Shown: positions 57,706 to 64,000 of the stretch, one piece after another | How the letters are laid out: every line of letters starts with the position of its first letter | Position numbering within the stretch: the first letter of the stretch is position 1 | NCBI GenBank assembly: GCA_963827165.1 | Contig: CAWGZR010000004.1 | Location: 96,001-160,000 of the forward strand | Reading direction: 5' to 3' | Source of the DNA: Candidatus Bathyarchaeota archaeon | GTDB lineage: Archaea; Thermoproteota; Bathyarchaeia; Bathyarchaeales; Bathycorpusculaceae | Length of the DNA: 64,000 bases | Program-made: the position numbers and the translations under genes | Notes under the pieces: model-generated | What the model saw: the letters and a program-made list of their open reading frames with translations, nothing else | What the model was told of the DNA's origin: nothing | The model's database searches: none

Positions 57706-59901
57706 CTATTTGATTTTTAACTTCTTATAGATATAGGAAAATACTTTTTCGCCTTCCGCAACAGGTTCCTTGAACCTGACAGAAACCTCGGCTGCTGAAA
57801 GTGAAGCCCTGATTTCCCCTGCAACTCCTGATGCGGTAACAACTTTTGTTCCTACGAATTTGGAAGCAGCTTCCGAGGTGCTAAATAGACCCTTCACGGA
57901 ATATTCGTTGGCTTCTCTTTTTTGTTTTACAGTTCCTTCTTTGGTCTTTTTTGAGAAGAATTCTAATTTGCTGTTTGTTTCAGTAATTCTTCCGCCGCCG
58001 ATTATTCGAAATTCGCGGGCTTGGAGTCCAGGGTTCATCAAGAGGACTTGGTCGCCTCTTTCCGCCACGACTTGTTGTCTGAGTTCAATGTAAACTAAAC
58101 ATTTTTCAGAAGCCTTCACTGAGGTCTTCACAACGAACTTGCCTTCTTCCATGACCCCGGGCACGACGTTTCCCAGCACCTCATAAGAACCGACAAACAC
58201 GTCTACATCGCTATAGGGCGTCAACGTACGCAGATAGTATTTGTCCACTTCTAATTCGATTATTACACGGTGGGTAGAGCTTATGGAGCCTGGAGAAACT
58301 GCTACGTAACCCCTGTGAGCGTCATCAGGTTTTACGTCTTTGACGGCAACGCCCACCCTGTCTCCAGCGATAGCTTCCTCCTTGTCCTCACCGAATGACC
58401 GCAGTGAACGCACCTGACCTTTTTTGTCGATGGGTTTGATTTCAATGATATCTTTAACCTTTACTTTCCCGCGGTGTATCGTCCCTGTTAAAACAGTTCC
58501 CACTCCGACTATGGTGAATGCGTGGTCTATGGGCATCTTGAATGGACCATTCCATTGGCGAATAGGCGGACTGATAGACTCCTGTAGTGCACTTTTGAGT
58601 TCATCAATTCCTTTGCCCGTTAATCCTGAGACCTCCACGATCTTTGCGTTCTCATATGGAGTTCCTTTGAGAAGAACTGTGACTTTCTTCTTGACTTCCT
58701 CAATTCGCTCTGGAGAAGCCAAATCGACCTTGTTTATAGCAACTACAAGATTCTTTATTCCAACGTCTTTAATTATTGAGAAATGCTCCACGCTCTGAAC
58801 CTGGAGGCCGAGATCGGCGGCCACAACCAGCACAGCAGCATCAATTATGTTAGCACCCGCCACTGCATGCCTAACCAAACTGAAGTGTCCCGGCAAGTCA
58901 ACTAGAGTAGCGAGATAGGGACCTAACGTGAAAGCGGAGAAGCCCATATCCAATGTCATTCCCCGCCTGGCGGAGTCTGGTGCCTTATCCAGAGCTGCTG
59001 TCGAAGGTTTTTCAGTTAGCTGCCGGGCAAGCATTGTTTTGCCGTGGTCAACATGCCCGAACAGACCAACATGAACGGGAATGAGCCCCTTGCCCTCAGT
59101 CATAGCGTAACTTTTTGCGACTACATTGGCTTCTCTTAGGAATAATTCAACCGCGTCCACAGGCTTCGAACCGTCTTCAAGAGCCTTCTTCACCACTTCT
59201 TTTCTGATTCTTGAAAGAGAAATGCCCAAGTCCGGATTCTTGTATCGCGTCATAACCTCCATCATGGACTTTCTGGTTTCCCTTTCGATGCCTCTTGCTC
59301 TTAGTGACTTCTCGTTTTCCACAACTTTTCTGGGCTTGGACCTGATCGGTTGTTCAAGTCTCTTGAGAACTGCGGTAACAATGAGGCTTGCAATCTCTTC
59401 GATGCTTTGCTTACTTGGGTCGACAACAACAAGGGGAGTGTCCCATTTGTAATCGCCTTTTGGCGCGTCAAGTTTCTGATTGATTTCCTCAATGAGCGAT
59501 AATGGAATCGGCGATCCGCGTTCTTGATTCCATGCAATGGCTTGTTCAACGGGAGTGTCAACAAAAACTATGTCATAGTCAGAGCATAACCGTTTGGCAA
59601 TCTGCCTAAGCTCGCTCCTCATCGACTTGTAGTAGTTTAGGTCATCGCTAATTACGAGAAAACCATTCTCCAAACCGGTTGCAATAGCTTTCTCATAAAG
59701 AGTCTTGACAGATGCTTCCCGTTCAGGTTTGAATCCTTTGGAGCTATACGAGAGCATGTCCCGAAAATCGTCAGAGCTGACCACCATGGTTGAAACGTCA
59801 TGTTTGTCCTCGAGCAAGGAGGCGACGTTTTTGCAGATGGTTGTCTTTCCTGAAGAAGGCAATCCGCATAGTATAAGCAGGTAAGGAACGCTCTGTGACA
59901 C
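57706..59901 (-). CDS. selB: Fusion of O-phosphoseryl-tRNA(Sec) kinase (PSTK) and Sec-specific elongation factor SelB
   Basis: N-terminal GLPSSGKTT, DDLNYYKSMR, WD; C-terminal GHVDHGKT, RGMTLDMGF, DLPGH, NKVD, IDHAF..GVGTV.TG. Confidence 0.88.
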   Translation of the reverse strand: MSQSVPYLLILCGLPSSGKTTICKNVASLLEDKHDVSTMVVSSDDFRDMLSYSSKGFKPEREASVKTLYEKAIATGLENGFLVISDDLNYYKSMRSELRQIAKRLCSDYDIVFVDTPVEQAIAWNQERGSPIPLSLIEEINQKLDAPKGDYKWDTPLVVVDPSKQSIEEIASLIVTAVLKRLEQPIRSKPRKVVENEKSLRARGIERETRKSMMEVMTRYKNPDLGISLSRIRKEVVKKALEDGSKPVDAVELFLREANVVAKSYAMTEGKGLIPVHVGLFGHVDHGKTMLARQLTEKPSTAALDKAPDSARRGMTLDMGFSAFTLGPYLATLVDLPGHFSLVRHAVAGANIIDAAVLVVAADLGLQVQSVEHFSIIKDVGIKNLVVAINKVDLASPERIEEVKKKVTVLLKGTPYENAKIVEVSGLTGKGIDELKSALQESISPPIRQWNGPFKMPIDHAFTIVGVGTVLTGTIHRGKVKVKDIIEIKPIDKKGQVRSLRSFGEDKEEAIAGDRVGVAVKDVKPDDAHRGYVAVSPGSISSTHRVIIELEVDKYYLRTLTPYSDVDVFVGSYEVLGNVVPGVMEEGKFVVKTSVKASEKCLVYIELRQQVVAERGDQVLLMNPGLQAREFRIIGGGRITETNSKLEFFSKKTKEGTVKQKREANEYSVKGLFSTSEAASKFVGTKVVTASGVAGEIRASLSAAEVSVRFKEPVAEGEKVFSYIYKKLKIK

Positions 59902-60105
59902 CGTTTTCCCCTATTGTCTATCCCGTCTGGGTTTATAATGGTGTCGAACATTAGACTTTGATCATTAATTCCATAATATCATGTTGGATTTAACTCCAAG
60001 ATCCCCAAACTACCAATTTATATACGGGGAAAGACAACTCGGGAACTATACAGGAAAACCAGAAAATGTTCTCGAAGCAAGGAAACATTTCTTCTTATCT
60101 AAGGG

Positions 60106-61452
60106 TTGTTCTTGCCGACGGCACCAGAGGTATGTTTCATGTTACCGTTTGATAAGTTAAAAGATACTATCCCAAAGAGCATACTTGAGAGAGGCCTAAC
60201 AGTGTTAGGCACAGAGTCACAGCCGATAAAACTGCTTTTCGAGCAAAGAAGAATACCCCAAGAAGGCTGGAAAGACAGCCAAATCGAAGAATTCCTGAAT
60301 TTGCTGTCTACAATGGATTCGGACAAGGACAGTAAAGCAGTTTTTGTAGGCGAAAGAGAAGGCAGGGTTGCATCCCCAGCAGTTTCAAAGCTGGCAAGTG
60401 GATTTCACCACGGGATAGGAAGGTCAGGTGACTTGACTGAAGCCCAGCCTAAGGCGGCAGGTGGATCTCTCATGTATTATTTTGCTAACAAATTAGCAAA
60501 TGACGCCATGAAAAGGTTCGGACTCCCAAACATCAAAAAGACAGTGGTCTTTCCTGTGGCAACGGGAATGACGCTTGCTCTTGTCTTATGCGCCGCAAGA
60601 AACCACGCCATGGGAAGAGAGGTGGTTTACCCACAGATTGACCATAAGACCCCTTTGAAGGCAATTCATCTTGCCGGTCTTCAAGAGAAAATAGTTAAAG
60701 GAGAAGTCGATGGAGACGCAGTAAACGTTTCCACTGAAGAGATAGAAAAAGCAGTTAATGAAAATACAGCTGCGATCCTTTCAACAACCACCTTCTTTTC
60801 ACCCAGAGAACCAGATAAAATCAAAGATATTGCAAAGATCGCAGAGAAGAAAAAAGTCCCACATATTATAAACAACTCCTTCGGAGTGCAGAGCCGCGAG
60901 ATCATGAAACTCATAAGAGGCGCAGTCGACGCAGGACGTGTGGACGCAATAATCCAAAGCACCGATAAGAATTTCCTAACCCCAGTAGGAGGAGCAATAG
61001 TCGCTTCACCCAACGAAGAATTCTTAGACGAAATATCTGAAACCTATGCAGGGAGGGCAACAGCCGCTCCCGTAGTGCAATTCCTAGCAGCTGCACTGTC
61101 GATAGGATTAGAAGGCTACGAGAAACTGAGAACCCAGCAAGAAGAAAACAAGAAGTTCCTTGAATCATCCTTGAAAGAGGTTGCAGAAAGGCATTCGCAG
61201 CGTATTCTCAACGTTTACAATCCAATATCGGTGGCTATGACACTGGAGGGAAGAAACGCCAAAAAAATAGGTCAAGCCCTCTATACGGCAAGGGTTAACG
61301 GAGCAAGAGCTTTAGAAAAAAATGATTTCGGAGTATGCTGCCCAGAATACATCTCATCTTACATCAACTTCGACGCCAGCATAGGAATACAAAAAAACGA
61401 AATCACTCTAGCAACAGAGAGGTTAGACACCGTTTTGAAGACTGCGTCGTAG
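60106..61452 (+). CDS. spcS: O-phosphoseryl-tRNA(Sec) selenium transferase (SepSecS)
   Basis: MDS, GEREGR, HGIGRSGD, QPKAAG, QSTDKNF (PLP lysine), YAGRA. Confidence 0.93.
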   Translation: MFLPTAPEVCFMLPFDKLKDTIPKSILERGLTVLGTESQPIKLLFEQRRIPQEGWKDSQIEEFLNLLSTMDSDKDSKAVFVGEREGRVASPAVSKLASGFHHGIGRSGDLTEAQPKAAGGSLMYYFANKLANDAMKRFGLPNIKKTVVFPVATGMTLALVLCAARNHAMGREVVYPQIDHKTPLKAIHLAGLQEKIVKGEVDGDAVNVSTEEIEKAVNENTAAILSTTTFFSPREPDKIKDIAKIAEKKKVPHIINNSFGVQSREIMKLIRGAVDAGRVDAIIQSTDKNFLTPVGGAIVASPNEEFLDEISETYAGRATAAPVVQFLAAALSIGLEGYEKLRTQQEENKKFLESSLKEVAERHSQRILNVYNPISVAMTLEGRNAKKIGQALYTARVNGARALEKNDFGVCCPEYISSYINFDASIGIQKNEITLATERLDTVLKTAS

Positions 61453-61542
61453 TGGCGGCGTCCAAGGGGAATCGGACCCCGAGACCTTGCGGGCTCACCG
61501 GATTTGAAGTCCGATGCTAGGACCACCTAGCCGTGGGACGCC
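61453..61542 (-). tRNA. selC: tRNA-Sec(TCA)
   Basis: 90 nt; 9-position acceptor, 6-bp D-stem with 4-nt loop, CT-TCA-AA loop, long variable arm, 4-bp T-stem, G discriminator, CCA. Confidence 0.93.
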
Positions 61543-61725
61543 CTCAACGATGTTCGACAGTTGAATAATTTGTCTCGAAGCGCGATTTCTGTATTCACTC
61601 GGCAAAATAAACATATTCCGCCCTGAACACCCTAGACTAAGCTTGTGCAACATGCATTTTGACGTATCTTTCCGAGTTTTCATCTTGTTTTTGACAATGA
61701 CATATTCAAACGCCCATGTCTTTTA

Positions 61726-62244
61726 GTGAACTTGAAGCAATTTTCCATCATTTTATTAAGCTACAGCCACAATGTTCTTGCGGGACGGATTAGCTTGGCT
61801 ATTTTGTTTAAAGTCTCAAAATACGTTGTGGCTCTTTTAGTGGCAGGTGGGCTCGCGTGGCTTATTGCAGGATTGTTCTTTGGAGGATCGGTTGCGATCT
61901 CTTATTTTTCAAGTGGTTCTCTCGCGAACGCAGGCATCGCGACTCCTGGCTATCCAGCCGGTGCTGTGCGCCAACTTGCTTGGGACCAATTTTATATCAA
62001 CCTTTATTCCGCAGTAATCGGGTTGTTCGCAATCATCATTGGTCTCACCGCGTTCAGACAAGGGGAAAAATGGGCGTGGTATGCAATATTGGTCCTTGTC
62101 CTAAACGGGTTGATTACAAGCGTCTTTGATTATTTGAGCTGGGGAGGTTGGTACACTGTATTCGCTACTTCTTTACCGATGCTTCTTGCTTTGTTGTTTT
62201 CTGCCAAGAGCTTCTTCTCAGCTGCACGCCAAACGTTAAATTGA
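61726..62244 (+). CDS. Four-TM membrane protein
   Basis: AFRQGEKWAWY between TM helices; true start probably near 61795. Confidence 0.6.
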   Translation: MNLKQFSIILLSYSHNVLAGRISLAILFKVSKYVVALLVAGGLAWLIAGLFFGGSVAISYFSSGSLANAGIATPGYPAGAVRQLAWDQFYINLYSAVIGLFAIIIGLTAFRQGEKWAWYAILVLVLNGLITSVFDYLSWGGWYTVFATSLPMLLALLFSAKSFFSAARQTLN

Positions 62245-62355
62245 TTGACGGGTTAATTACGAATTTAGTGAGCATACTGTGTGCTCCCAGGCAAATAGCA
62301 AGCGCCAGCATCATAACCTCGCCTAACGGTAAAGGCTAAGGAACAAATTCTTTTG

Positions 62356-64000
62356 TTACTTCGCCGGTGCTTTGTCGGCGGGTTTAGCTGCAGGAGCTGA
62401 GGCTGCCGCTTTGCGTTTTAGCATGTTCTCTAAAGTTGGACGAAGCTTGGCGTTTTCGGCCAGTATCTTTTCTTTTCCCAGTTCCTTAAGTTGGCCGCTC
62501 ATTTCCTTGACTATATTGACAAATTTCTCTCCTTCAGCCGACGAAACATAGTCAACCCTTAGTCTTTCCGGGCTCAATCCAAGCTTCTGAAGCATTCCAC
62601 CCAAAGCATCCATGCGCACTTTCATCCTAACGTTTCCAGAGATATAGTGGCAGTCGCTGGGAAGATGACAAGCGGTAATCAACACGCCTCCGACTCCCAG
62701 CCTAAACGCTTCCATAACAAAGTCCCGATCTACCCTCCCAGTGCACATTACCCGTATCGCCCTTGTAGTAGGAGGGTATTCCAGCCGGCTCGTCCCCGCT
62801 CGGTCCGCGCCGGCATAACCTCACCAATTACACATAAACGTCAGTATCTTGTCCTCAGGATCCCTTTCCAGAGCAGCTCTGATTTGCGAGGTTATTTGCT
62901 CATCCGTAAAATGCATCTGAGTTATAGCATCTTGTGGGCATTCAGCAACGCATGTTCCGCACCCATGGCACTGGGCTGCATTAATCTGAGCTGGTTTCCC
63001 CTCAACTGCAGTTATGGCACCAAATGGACAGCTTTTCACGCACACCCCGCATCTTGCTTTTACGTTTCTGCATTTTGCGATGTCAACTATCGAGACTATC
63101 GGTTCTATCGTCCATTTGGGTTGAGAAAGGATCGTTGCCGCCCTTGCTGCCGCACCGCTTCCTTGGGCAACGCTATAGGGTATGTCTTTTGGTCCCTGGC
63201 AAGCACCCGCCAAGAATACTCCGTCCATAGGTGTGTCCATTGGTTTGAGTTTTGGGTGACTCTCCATGAAGAACCCGTCTGATCCTCTCGTTATATGGAG
63301 GATGCCAGCCAATTCTTCGGCTCCCTTGCTGGGTATAGCCGCCGTGCTTAGAACGGCCATCTCCACTTCGACTTCGATGGGCTGCCCCAGCGTCGAGTCC
63401 TCTGCTCGGATAACCAAGTTTTTGGTCTTTGGGTCTTCCAGTATTTGAGATGGCTTTCCCCTGACAAAGATAACGCCCATTTCACGGGCTCTTCGATAGA
63501 ATTCTTCATAACCTTTGGAGGGAGTTCGTATATCAATGTAGAAGATGTAGACTTCCACTTCATTATGGTAGTGTTCTTTCAGAAGGATGGCCTCTTTGAG
63601 CCCGTACATGCAACAGAAACCTGAACAGTATTCGTACTTGTTTACATCCCTTGAACCGACGCATTGAATTATAGCGACGCTCTTCGGTCTTTTTCCATCG
63701 GATGACCGGATTACATGTCCACTTGTTGGGCCGCCCGCTGTGATGAGTCTCTCAAACTCCAAAGCCGTAATTACGTTATCGTATTTTCCGTAGCCGTACC
63801 TTGCATCCTCATATGGTAGATAAATGTCACAGCCCGATGCTACTACGATTGCCCCAACTTCTAAGTCAACTTCTTCTGGCTTTTGGTTAAAGTTAATGGC
63901 TTCACGAGCGCCGCAGGCGTCCACGCATTTGAAGCACTCTATGCAGTAATCCATGTTAATCGAGTAGATGAGAGGCACTGCTTGATCGAACGGAATGGAG
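62356..64000 (-). CDS. hdrA: HdrA-MvhD fusion selenoprotein (5' end outside the window; Sec at TGA 62821-62823)
   Basis: HdrA motifs QCVGSR, CSGFCC, GACQGPKDI and ferredoxin motifs; reads CNW-TGA-GYAGAD...IRVMCTGRVD in frame into MvhD. Confidence 0.9.

Noticed and set aside
62647-63282. Long antisense ORFs here and over other genes (e.g. 38794..39438, 29245..29802, 23453..23998)
   Set aside because: They overlap well-supported genes on the opposite strand and have no motifs.

Overview
This is an archaeal chromosomal segment. Gene content (eL22-like protein, DUF1512, PQQ-like surface protein, PAS kinases) suggests class Bathyarchaeia, which is an inference. (1) At the right end is a compact selenocysteine locus. 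It holds a single ORF fusing phosphoseryl-tRNA kinase (PSTK) to elongation factor SelB, a divergent SepSecS, a tRNA-Sec(UCA) abutting the SepSecS stop codon, and an HdrA-MvhD fusion with an in-frame UGA (CNWU) followed by a GC-rich hairpin. (2) A ~13.3-kb island bounded by a duplicated tRNA-Arg 3' end carries a minimal nitrogenase operon (nifH-nifB-nifD-nifK-nifV-GTPase-ABC ATPase-DUF364-small Cys protein, with no nifEN and no vnf/anfG). The island also has two regulators, a divergent cobQ and five promoters sharing one palindrome at fixed spacing to the TATA box. (3) There is an Smc5/6-like operon (short SMC, Nse4-like kleisin, KITE-like subunit). (4) Smaller items are a disrupted CheB/CheR-PAS-GAF kinase, a decaying toxin-antitoxin cluster, 5S rRNA, two further tRNAs, a C/D-box sRNA candidate, a 10-bp periodic array and several unannotated small ORFs. 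All calls come from motif recognition by eye; no searches were run.
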